Shown: positions 29,720 to 38,314 of the stretch, in pieces | Position numbering within the stretch: the first letter of the stretch is position 1 | How the letters are laid out: each line of letters starts with the position of its first letter | Assembly (NCBI GenBank): GCA_036558285.1 | Contig: DATBFW010000133.1 | Coordinates: forward strand, 102-64,101 | Direction: 5' to 3' | Length of the DNA stretch: 64,000 nt | Source: Mycobacteriales bacterium | GTDB lineage: Bacteria; Actinomycetota; Actinomycetes; Mycobacteriales; CADCTP01 | Made by a program: the position numbers and the translations under genes | The notes under the pieces: generated by a model | What the model was told of the DNA's origin: nothing | The model's input: only the letters and a program-made list of their open reading frames with translations | The model's database searches: none

Positions 29720-29838
29720 TTCGGTCCCGGCGGATAGTGATCTGCGCTTAACGTCTGCGGGAACCGACGGCGACCGGCGTCGGAACTCCGACGGGAGGGG
29801 CCGCGGGAATGCAGGGTGCGCGGGTGGCTGCGGCTGGC

Positions 29839-30651
29839 TCAGCCGTACAGGCCGGCGAAGACGTCGCCGAGCGGGCGGCGGGGCGGCACCCGGCCCGGCT
29901 GGCGGAACCACTCGTGCCCCACGACCAGGTCGAAGACCGGTCCCGGCAGCCGCAGCAGTACCTGCAGCGTCCGGGTGCCCTGGTCGGCGGTGGCCTGGCT
30001 GGCGTGCGCCGTCATCGCCGCCCGCTTCGGCCCGGTGAACGCCCGCACGTCCACCCGGTGGGTCAGCTCGCCGCGCGGCGTGTACGCCCGATCGACGACC
30101 CGCGGGTCGAAGCCCGCCGGCAGCCCGGGCAGCCGGGACACCAGCCGCAGCACCCGGCGCAGCGCGGTGCGGTCGACGGTGGCTTCCAGCAGCACCGGGG
30201 TGCCGGCCAGCGCGGCGGCCCGGGCGCCGACCCGGTGCACCTGCACGTGGTCCGGGTGGCCGTACCCGCCGGCCGGGTCGTACGAGGTGACCACGTCGGC
30301 CCGCTCGTCCCGCAACACCGCGGCCAGCCGCTCGGCCGCCTCGTCCGGGTCGGCGGCGGAGAACGGGTCGGCCAGCCCGGACGGCTCGCCGGCCATCCCG
30401 GAGTCGGAGTAGCCGAGGAACTCGACCCGGCCCGCGCCCAGGACGCGAGCGGCGGACTGCGCCTCGATGCGGCGGACCGGCCCCATCCCGCCACGCGACC
30501 CGTACGCGGACGAGGCCAGCCCGGCGCCGCCGTCGGTGGCGAACACGACGACTACCCGGTGCCCAGCGGCGGCGGCGCTGGCCATCGTGCCGCCGGTGAG
30601 CAGCGCCTCGTCGTCCGGATGCGCGTGGAAGACCACCAGCGTGTGCGGCAC
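29839..30651 (-). CDS. PIG-L / LmbE family deacetylase
   Basis: 270-aa ORF with VVFHAHPDDEAL and GYGHPDHVQVH zinc-site motifs. Confidence 0.9.
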   Translation of the reverse strand: MPHTLVVFHAHPDDEALLTGGTMASAAAAGHRVVVVFATDGGAGLASSAYGSRGGMGPVRRIEAQSAARVLGAGRVEFLGYSDSGMAGEPSGLADPFSAADPDEAAERLAAVLRDERADVVTSYDPAGGYGHPDHVQVHRVGARAAALAGTPVLLEATVDRTALRRVLRLVSRLPGLPAGFDPRVVDRAYTPRGELTHRVDVRAFTGPKRAAMTAHASQATADQGTRTLQVLLRLPGPVFDLVVGHEWFRQPGRVPPRRPLGDVFAGLYG

Positions 30652-30686
30652 CGGCCCAGTCTGCCGCCGGCCGGGCGGACGGCCCG

Positions 30687-31835
30687 ATGAGGATCGCCCA
30701 CGTCAGCGACTTCTACCTGCCTCGGCTCGGCGGGGTGGAGATGCACGTGCACGATCTCGCCACCCGGCAACAGGCCGCCGGTCACACCGTCGAGATCCTC
30801 ACCGCCACGCCTGGAGGCAGCGACCCGGGCGCCGGCCGTCCGGTGGTCCGCCGGGTCACCGAGGTGCTGCGGTATCCCCGCGCCCTGCACCCGGCCGCGC
30901 CCCGGCTGGTTGCCGAGGCGCTGCGGGAGGGCAAGTACGACGTCGTGCACGCGCACTCGGGGATCTGGTCGCCGTTCGGCTGGGCCGGCGTGGCCGCGGC
31001 CACCCGGGCGGGCATCCCGGCCGTGGTCACCCTGCACTCGCTGCTCACCTCGTACGAGCCCGGGTTCCGGGTGGCCGACCTGCTGCTGGGGTGGTCGTCG
31101 CTGCCGGTGCAGCTGACCGCGGTGAGCGAGGTGGCCGCGGCCCCGCTGCGGCGACTGGCCGGACCGGACCACGAGGTGCTCGTGCTGCCGAACGGGATCG
31201 ACCCGGCCGAGTGGCGGATCAGCCCAGCCCCGCGCCGGCCGGACCAGGTCACGGTCGCGGCGGTGATGCGGCTGGCGCTGCGGAAGCGGCCGCTGCCGCT
31301 GCTGCGGATGCTGCGCGCGGCCCGGCACCGGCTGCCGGCCGAGGTCGGCCTGCGCGCGGTGATCGTCGGCGACGGCCGGCAGCGGGTGCGGATGGAGCGC
31401 TACCTGGACCGGCACGGGATGGCCGGGTGGGTCGAGCTGCCCGGCCGGCTGTCCCGCGCCGACATCAGGGCGGTGTTCGAGCGGGCCGACCTCTTCGTGG
31501 CGCCCGCTACGCTGGAGTCGTTCGGCATCGCGGCCCTGGAGGCCCGGTGCAGCGGACTGCCGGTCCTGGCCCGCGCGGGCTCCGGGGTCGGAGCGTTCGT
31601 CGTCGACGGGCAGGACGGCCTGCTGGCAGGCAGTGACGGGGACATGGTCGGCGCCCTCGTCCGGCTGGCCGGCGACCCTGCGGAGCGGGAGCGGATGGCC
31701 ATGCACAGCCGGAGGGTTCCGGTCGACCTCGGCTGGCCGGCCGTGCTCCGCCGGACCGAGGCCGCGTACGCCGCCGCCGACCAGATCGTCCGGTCCCGTC
31801 CCCGCCCGTCAGCCGTGCTCAGTGCGGCCGGCTAG
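30687..31835 (+). CDS. glycosyltransferase family 4
   Basis: 382-aa ORF. MRIAHVSDFYLPRLGGVEMHVHDL, C-terminal ESFGIAALEARCSGLPVLA. Confidence 0.9.
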   Translation: MRIAHVSDFYLPRLGGVEMHVHDLATRQQAAGHTVEILTATPGGSDPGAGRPVVRRVTEVLRYPRALHPAAPRLVAEALREGKYDVVHAHSGIWSPFGWAGVAAATRAGIPAVVTLHSLLTSYEPGFRVADLLLGWSSLPVQLTAVSEVAAAPLRRLAGPDHEVLVLPNGIDPAEWRISPAPRRPDQVTVAAVMRLALRKRPLPLLRMLRAARHRLPAEVGLRAVIVGDGRQRVRMERYLDRHGMAGWVELPGRLSRADIRAVFERADLFVAPATLESFGIAALEARCSGLPVLARAGSGVGAFVVDGQDGLLAGSDGDMVGALVRLAGDPAERERMAMHSRRVPVDLGWPAVLRRTEAAYAAADQIVRSRPRPSAVLSAAG

Positions 31836-32742
31836 CGTCCGGTTCGTCGAGCTGGCGGGCCGGGTACGCCGGCCGGCCCTGCTCGGCGAGCTGATCGTCG
31901 TCGTCGTCCTGGTCAAGGTGTACGACCAGGTCCGGCGGTTGGAGGCGGCCAGGGCCCGGCCGGCGCTGCACAACGCGTACGACGTGCTGGCGATCGAGCG
32001 GTGGCTGCATCTCGACCTGGAGCTGGCCGGCAACCGCTGGCTGATCGCCCACCACACGCTCCTGCTGATCACCAGCTGGTGGTACCAGCTGGCGCACCTC
32101 ACGGTGACGCTGGCCGTGCTGGGCCTGTGCTACCTGCGCCGGCCCGACGCGTACCGCGGTGCCCGCAACGCGCTGGTCCTCACCAACGTGGTCGGGCTGG
32201 TGGTGTTCTACTTCTACCCGGTGATGCCGCCGCGGCTGCTGCCCGGCGGCGGGTACGTCGACGCGGTCGACGCGGCGGGCTTCGGCTCCTCGCACACCGG
32301 TCCGGTTCCCGCCGACCAGTACGCGGCGATGCCGTCGCTGCACCTGGCCTGGGCGGTGTGGACGGCCTCGGTCGGGATGCTGCTGCTGGCCCGGCACCGG
32401 GTCAGGGTGCTCTGGCTGCTCTACCCGGTGCTCACCGGGGTCGCGGTGGTCGTCACCGCCAACCACTACGTGCTCGACGTGGTCGCCGGCGTCGCGGTCG
32501 CGGTGGTGGCACTGCTCGCGTCCAGGACTCAGATCACCCTGCGCCGGAGCAGGACGGCCAGGACGCAGGCGCCCGGCACGAGCGGCAGCCAGACCGTGAG
32601 CAGCCGGTACGCCAGCACGGTGGCGAGGGCGGTCGCCGACGGCACGCCGACCGCGACCAGCCCGGCCACCAGCGCTACGTCCAGCGCGCCGAACCCGCCT
32701 GGCGACGGCACCAGGGCGGACAGCGACGAGGCGGCCAGGTAG
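31822..32742 (+). CDS. PAP2_3-type (inositol-phosphorylceramide-synthase-like) membrane phosphatase/transferase
   Basis: GTG 31822 in ORF 31633..32742. YDVLAIERWLHLDLE, AAMPSLHLAWAVW, TANHYVLDVVAG. The last ~71 codons run antisense to the neighbouring gene. Confidence 0.75.
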   Translation: MRPASVRFVELAGRVRRPALLGELIVVVVLVKVYDQVRRLEAARARPALHNAYDVLAIERWLHLDLELAGNRWLIAHHTLLLITSWWYQLAHLTVTLAVLGLCYLRRPDAYRGARNALVLTNVVGLVVFYFYPVMPPRLLPGGGYVDAVDAAGFGSSHTGPVPADQYAAMPSLHLAWAVWTASVGMLLLARHRVRVLWLLYPVLTGVAVVVTANHYVLDVVAGVAVAVVALLASRTQITLRRSRTARTQAPGTSGSQTVSSRYASTVARAVADGTPTATSPATSATSSAPNPPGDGTRADSDEAAR

Positions 32743-33641
32743 GCCAGCGCCACCGGCAGGAGCGGCACGCCGCCGCCGAGCGAGAGCAGCACCGCGTACA
32801 GGGTCAGGCAGTGCAGCACCGGCACCGCGAGCGAGCCACCCCACAGCTGAGCCGCCCGGCGCGGGGTGCGCACGACCGCGGTCAGCACCACCAACTGGGC
32901 CCGCACGTGCCGGAGCGCGCGGGCGCCCCACCGCCGGGCCGCCCAGACCGCGAGACCCGCCAGCGGGATCGCCAGCACCGCGACCAGCTCCCAGGACCGC
33001 TGGTGGCCGGCCAGCCGCTGCGGCGCGCCGGGGCCGAGCGCGGCGGTCAGCGCGTCCGGCGCGGCGACCAGCGCGACCAGCAGCAGCGCGGTGTGCGTGA
33101 CCCCGCCGGCCATCATGTTCAGCGCTACCGCGCCGACCGCCTCGCCCCGGCTCAGGCCGTACCGGCGCAGGAACCGGACGTTGACCGCGAGGCCGCCGGA
33201 TCCGCCGGGCAGCACGTGGTTCGCGAACGTCGCCGCGACCTGCACCGCGAACAGTCGGAACAGCGGCAGCGTCGGCCGCACCGAACCGAGCTGGCTGACC
33301 GTGCCGGCCGTCCAGAGCAGGACGGTGCCGGCGGCGGCCAGCCCGATCCAGGCGAGGTCGGCGCCGGCGACGCTGTCCGAGCCGGCGTCGAGCATCGCGC
33401 GGTGCCGGACCAGCAGCACGACCAGCGCGACCGCGACGCCGATCGACAGCCCGGTGCGGACGAGGTCGGCCCACCGCCGCCCCGGCCGCCCGACGCCGCC
33501 GTCGGCGCCGAACCCGGGAGCGGGATCGGCGGCCGCGGCGAGCGCGGCCACGCCGGCAGCCGTCACCGCGTGGCCGCCTCGCGCGGCAGTGCATTCACCA
33601 CTGTCGACCCCCTGCGGCTCCGGTCCGACTGCATGCTGCAA
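32529..33641 (-). CDS. lysylphosphatidylglycerol-synthase-TM / flippase-like domain membrane protein
   Basis: 370-aa ORF, multi-TM, with LPGGSGGLAVNVRFLRRYG and VPSPGGFGALDVAL motifs typical of this family. The start could be further downstream. Confidence 0.8.
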   Translation of the reverse strand: MQHAVGPEPQGVDSGECTAARGGHAVTAAGVAALAAAADPAPGFGADGGVGRPGRRWADLVRTGLSIGVAVALVVLLVRHRAMLDAGSDSVAGADLAWIGLAAAGTVLLWTAGTVSQLGSVRPTLPLFRLFAVQVAATFANHVLPGGSGGLAVNVRFLRRYGLSRGEAVGAVALNMMAGGVTHTALLLVALVAAPDALTAALGPGAPQRLAGHQRSWELVAVLAIPLAGLAVWAARRWGARALRHVRAQLVVLTAVVRTPRRAAQLWGGSLAVPVLHCLTLYAVLLSLGGGVPLLPVALAYLAASSLSALVPSPGGFGALDVALVAGLVAVGVPSATALATVLAYRLLTVWLPLVPGACVLAVLLRRRVI

Positions 33642-33708
33642 TCCCCGATGCCGCGACGGTAGCCAGCGACCGGCGAACGCGGAGTAAATTCCGCCGACTG
33701 TCCTCCGC

Positions 33709-35496
33709 TCAGCTCAGGAACGAGATGCTCTGCGTGTACGCGTCCTGGTTCGGCGTGGTCACGCCGGGCCGGCCGCGGAAGTCTGTCCAGCACGGGTGCA
33801 GCCGCAGGTCGGCCCCGACCGCGATGGCCGAGTAGTCGCCGATGAACACGCCCTGCAGGGTCTCGTCCGGGTCCTCCAGGCTGGCCGCGGCGAACTGGAT
33901 CCGCGGGTCGGACGTCTGGGTGGTGATCCGCCGGATCGCCGACGACCGCAGCCCGGTCACTCCCAGCCCCTTCCAGTACGCGTAGTCCAGCCCGACTCCG
34001 CGCGCGTCGTAGTGCCGGGTGTACGCGCTGACCGCCACCAGGCCGGCGAGCGTCGCCACCGCGCTGAACACCTCGTCCTGCGGCGTCCCGATCACCCGGA
34101 CCGTCCAGTCCCGGCCGCCGCGGGAGGAGGCCACGATCGTGTCGCCGTTGGTCCGGATCGACTCGCCGTCGTCGGTGTACCGGCCGTTGCGGTCGTCGTT
34201 CCAGCTCAGCGCCAGCCGGTCGGTGACCGGGTCGTACGCGAGCTGCGGGTAGCTGTTGATCCGGAAGTTCTCCCCGGTCAGGGTCAGGCTGCCGACCTCC
34301 TCGTTGAGCGGGAAGTCGAAGTTGGTGTCGACGATCGAGTGGCTGAACGTGCGGCCGTGGTCGGTCGAGCGGGCGACCACCGTCACGTCCCGGTCGTCGA
34401 GACCGTCGCAGTCCAGCGTCGCGCACTCGGTGCCCTCGTACGCGATGTACAGCGTGCCGTCCCGGGTGACCTGCGGATTGGAGCCCTGGGAGAAGGGGGT
34501 GAGCCCGCCGGTGAAGGCGTCCAGGGTGGTGTCGACCCGGGTGAAGGGGCCGAAGCTGCGGCCGAAGTCCGTCGAGGCGGAGACCACGATCGGCGACTCG
34601 AGGTAGTCGCCGTCCGGGGTGTCGGCGAACCGGGTCCAGCTCACGTACACGCGACCGGAGGTCTTGTCGGCGGCCAGCCAGATCTTGTCGTTGAAGAAGG
34701 TGGTCGGCGTCGGCGTGCCGGTCGCGTCGGCGCCGTCGAGCTGGATGATCGTCGGGAGCGCCCAGTGCGCGCCGCCGTCCCGGGAGACCGACACGACGAT
34801 GCCGCTCGGTGCCTCGGTGCCGCCGGCGGCGGGCGCGGCCCGGCTGAACACGATGTTGCCGTAGTAGACGGTGTTGCGCGGGCCGAAGGCGAGGACCGGG
34901 TCGCCGGCCGCGTCCATCGCGGTGAGCGGGCCGGTCGCACCGGTCGCGACCGTCAGCCCCGGCAGCACCTGGTTCTTCCAGGTCTTGCCGCCGTCGAAGC
35001 TGGTGTACGCCCAGCCGGTGCTGTCGTTGCGCTGCTCCCGGTCGACGAAGACCCGGTAGTCGTTGGCTCCGGCGACGATGTTGCGCGGGTTGAACGGGTT
35101 GACCGCGATCGACGTCTCGTTCTGCGCGCTGCTGCAGCCGGCCTGGCTGCCGACCGTCACGGTCGTGTCGCCGACGATCTGGTCGATGTTCGGCGCCGGG
35201 TTCCGGTACGGGTTGGGCTTGCCGACGAACTCCTGGCAGAGGGCGGAGAGGGCCGGGTCGTCCTCGCTCTCGCCCTCGTCCTCCTCGCCGAGGACCTCCT
35301 TGAGCAGCGGGTTGGGCACCCGGTGCTTCGCCTCGTCGGCGTCCTTGGCGGCCCTCGGGGCCGCCGCCGCGTCGACGGACCGCGGTCCGGCGGCCCGGCC
35401 GGTCGCGGCCGAGGCGGGTTGGCCGAGCGCGATGAGCGCGGCGGCGGTCAGCAGGCCGGCAGCGAGCACGCCGGCTCGGCGGGGGCGGAAGCTCAT
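33709..35496 (-). CDS. secreted BNR/Asp-box repeat (sialidase-like beta-propeller) protein
   Basis: 595-aa ORF. Signal peptide MSFRPRRAGVLAAGLLTAAALIALGQPASA. Asp-box-like SFDGGKTW, SRDGGAHW, STDFGRSF, STDHGRTF. Confidence 0.8.
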   Translation of the reverse strand: MSFRPRRAGVLAAGLLTAAALIALGQPASAATGRAAGPRSVDAAAAPRAAKDADEAKHRVPNPLLKEVLGEEDEGESEDDPALSALCQEFVGKPNPYRNPAPNIDQIVGDTTVTVGSQAGCSSAQNETSIAVNPFNPRNIVAGANDYRVFVDREQRNDSTGWAYTSFDGGKTWKNQVLPGLTVATGATGPLTAMDAAGDPVLAFGPRNTVYYGNIVFSRAAPAAGGTEAPSGIVVSVSRDGGAHWALPTIIQLDGADATGTPTPTTFFNDKIWLAADKTSGRVYVSWTRFADTPDGDYLESPIVVSASTDFGRSFGPFTRVDTTLDAFTGGLTPFSQGSNPQVTRDGTLYIAYEGTECATLDCDGLDDRDVTVVARSTDHGRTFSHSIVDTNFDFPLNEEVGSLTLTGENFRINSYPQLAYDPVTDRLALSWNDDRNGRYTDDGESIRTNGDTIVASSRGGRDWTVRVIGTPQDEVFSAVATLAGLVAVSAYTRHYDARGVGLDYAYWKGLGVTGLRSSAIRRITTQTSDPRIQFAAASLEDPDETLQGVFIGDYSAIAVGADLRLHPCWTDFRGRPGVTTPNQDAYTQSISFLS

Positions 35497-35594
35497 GGCA
35501 GATCCCTCTCCGACGCAGGAGTGGGGCCAGCCTCTATCCCGTCCGGCCTATGCGCCTATCCGCCAGATGTGTGGGAAAGACATGGCAAAAGTAC

Positions 35595-37610
35595 TCAGGG
35601 AGTGACCAGGCAGCCGGCCGGCGAGGAGCCGTCGGCGGGGAACGCGGTCGCCAGCGCCTGGGCGGTACGGCGGGCCCGTTCGCGGTATCCGGGCGTGGTG
35701 AAGTGGATCCCGTCCGAGATGAACCACGGGTTCTTCACCTGCGCGGCCCAGTCGTACACGCGCATGCTCGGGTAGCGCCCGCACGCCCGCATCAGCGCCG
35801 CGTTCCACTTCTGCATCTGGACCTCGGCCCACGGCCCGGACGAGCGCAGCGTCTTGACCGTCAGCCACATCGCCGGCTGGCCTTTGATCTCCTGCATGAG
35901 CAGGTCGATGCGCTGGTCGAGGCCGACGTTGCTGCCGACCGCGACGTTGGCGGCCTCGTTGGTGCCCATGGCGAACACCCAGCAGCCGTCGTACCCGGCG
36001 TTGATCCGCCTCGCCGTCGCCTCCTGGGCGTTGGGCTGGCCCTTGTAGTGCTCGACGATCGATCGGGCGCCGAGGATGTCGGTCTGCACGTTCTTCGCCC
36101 CGACCCGGCGGTACTGGCTGTCGATCCGGTCCTTCGGGTTGGGCAGGTAGTTGGGGTCCATCAGCCCGAGCGAGGTGGAGTCGCCGACGTGCACCACGCT
36201 GGTGCACGCGGTCGTACGGGTCGGGCCGGTCGCTGCCGGCGTCGTCCGGGCCGGCGTGGTCGCCCGGACCGTCGGAGTGGGTTTCGCGGCGGCGGACGAC
36301 GACGATGCCGACGGCGAGGGCGGCGGCGGTTGCGGCGGTTCCGGCGGGGTCACGCCGCCGTCCGTGATCACCTGGTCCTCGCTCGAGCTCGCGGTGATCA
36401 GGCTGGCCGGCGAGAACGCGGTGGTCGCGATCGCGACCACGGCCAGCGCCCCGGCCATCACCGGGCGCGGCGGCCGCTTGCCGCGCCGGTACGGCACGAC
36501 CGGCCGGCGGACCAGGCTGCGCAGCCCGTGCCGGCGTACCGGGTCCTCGATCAGGGTCCAGGACAGCGAGGCCAGCACCAGGGTCAGCGCCAGGTCGAGG
36601 GTGGCCGGCCAGAACCAGTCGCCCGGGGCGCCGAGCTGGTGGTGCGGGGTGAACGCGACCACCGGCATGTGCCAGAGGTAGATCCCGTACGATCGCTCGC
36701 CGAGCCAGCGCGGCACCGGCGAGCCGAGCACCCGGCCGGACACGCTGCCCGGGTACGACACCGCGACCAGCAGCAGCGCGGACAGCAGCGCGAGCAGCAG
36801 CAGGCCGCCGCGGTAGAGCGACAGCGAGAACGCCGAGGTGCTGGCGACCATCCAGACGATGCCGACGAGGGCGGCCAGGCCGGCAAGGTCGACGCCCGCC
36901 CGGACGGCAGGCGGCGGGGTGCGCTTGATCCGGGTCGGCCGGTAGACCAGCGCCAGCGCGGCGCCGACGAGCAGCTCGCCCGCGCGCGTGTCGGTCCCCT
37001 CGTACGCGCGGGTGTTGTCGATGCCGGCATGCGCGAAGACGGCCAGCAGCAGGAACGACAGGGCGGCCAGACCGACCGCGATCAGTGCGACCCGCGGCTT
37101 GCGGCCGCCGGTCAGCTTCAGCAGCGCCAGCAGCAGGACCGGCCAGATCAGGTAGAACTGCTCCTCGACCGCGAGCGACCACAGGTGCTCCAGCGGGCTC
37201 GGAGCGGCGAACAGGTCGAAGTACGACGAGCCGGTCCGGATCGTGAACCAGTTGTTGACGTAGAAGGCGGCGGCGACGGTCTCGTCCCAGCGCGTGGCCA
37301 GTGCGGACCGGTCGACCAGCGCGGTGACGGCGAGCACGGTCAGCAGCACGACCGCGAGCGCCGGCAGCAACCGCCGGGCCCGGCCGAGGTAGAACCGGCC
37401 GAACGGGATCCGGCCGGTGCGCTCCCACGCCTTGACCAGGATCCCGGTGATCAGGAACCCGGACAGCGTGAAGAAGACGCTGACGCCGAGCAGGCCTCCG
37501 TCCATGTGTGGAACGCCGAAGTGGTAGCCCAGGACCGCGACGACCGCGACCGCGCGTACCCCGTCGAGGCCGGGGAGATAGGTCGCCCTGGAATCGACGG
37601 GTCGGGGCAC
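35595..37610 (-). CDS. acyltransferase family 3 (OafA/YrhL-like) with C-terminal SGNH-like domain
   Basis: 671-aa ORF. LPGLDGVRAVAVVAVLGYH, FFTLSGFLIT, about 10 TM helices, C-terminal HVGDSTSLG. Confidence 0.9.
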   Translation of the reverse strand: MPRPVDSRATYLPGLDGVRAVAVVAVLGYHFGVPHMDGGLLGVSVFFTLSGFLITGILVKAWERTGRIPFGRFYLGRARRLLPALAVVLLTVLAVTALVDRSALATRWDETVAAAFYVNNWFTIRTGSSYFDLFAAPSPLEHLWSLAVEEQFYLIWPVLLLALLKLTGGRKPRVALIAVGLAALSFLLLAVFAHAGIDNTRAYEGTDTRAGELLVGAALALVYRPTRIKRTPPPAVRAGVDLAGLAALVGIVWMVASTSAFSLSLYRGGLLLLALLSALLLVAVSYPGSVSGRVLGSPVPRWLGERSYGIYLWHMPVVAFTPHHQLGAPGDWFWPATLDLALTLVLASLSWTLIEDPVRRHGLRSLVRRPVVPYRRGKRPPRPVMAGALAVVAIATTAFSPASLITASSSEDQVITDGGVTPPEPPQPPPPSPSASSSSAAAKPTPTVRATTPARTTPAATGPTRTTACTSVVHVGDSTSLGLMDPNYLPNPKDRIDSQYRRVGAKNVQTDILGARSIVEHYKGQPNAQEATARRINAGYDGCWVFAMGTNEAANVAVGSNVGLDQRIDLLMQEIKGQPAMWLTVKTLRSSGPWAEVQMQKWNAALMRACGRYPSMRVYDWAAQVKNPWFISDGIHFTTPGYRERARRTAQALATAFPADGSSPAGCLVTP

Positions 37611-37745
37611 CCGTCCTCCTCTCGGAGTCCCTCAGACGTTCTCGAAAACTAACACGCTGAACAGGCTTGACGACGGACAAGCACCAGTCCGCCTCGCGTG
37701 TCGCCGAACCCCGGATCTGTCGGAGGCCGGGGCTACGGTCCGACC

Positions 37746-38309
37746 GTGATCAACGACGACCTGCGGCACTACCTGCAGCAGTCCAGGGACGCGGTGCTTC
37801 GTGCCCTCGACGGGGTCAGCGACTACGACGCCCGCCGGCCGGTCATGCCATCCGGCACCAACCTGCTCGGTCTGGTCAAACATCTGACCGGGGTCGAGGC
37901 CGGATACCTCGGCGACTGCGTCGGCCGGCCCGTGCCGGTGCCGATCCCGTGGAACGAGGACGACACCGCCTGGGAGAGCGGGGATATGTGGGCCACCCCC
38001 GAGGAGTCCCGCGACCAGATCGTCGGGCTCTATCGGGAGGTCTGGCGCAACTCCGACGCGGTGATCGCCGAGCTGCCGCTGGATGCGCCGGCGTTCGTCG
38101 AGTGGTGGCCCGCGGAGCGGCAGCACACGACGTTCGGCCACCTGCTGGCCCGGATGCTGGCCGAGACCGCCCAGCACGCCGGGCACGCCGAGATCGTCCG
38201 GGAGATCATCGACGGGCAGGGCGGGCGCGACCACGACGCCATCGGCGATGCCGAGTGGTGGGAGAGCTACCTCGCCAAGATCCAGTCCGCTGCCGACGCG
38301 TTCCGCTGA
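37746..38309 (+). CDS. DinB family (DUF664-like) protein
   Basis: ORF 37698..38309, likely GTG 37746. PSGTNLLGLVKHLTGVEAGYL, LLARMLAETAQHAGHAEIVRE. Confidence 0.8.
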   Translation: MINDDLRHYLQQSRDAVLRALDGVSDYDARRPVMPSGTNLLGLVKHLTGVEAGYLGDCVGRPVPVPIPWNEDDTAWESGDMWATPEESRDQIVGLYREVWRNSDAVIAELPLDAPAFVEWWPAERQHTTFGHLLARMLAETAQHAGHAEIVREIIDGQGGRDHDAIGDAEWWESYLAKIQSAADAFR

Positions 38310-38314
38310 GGCGG

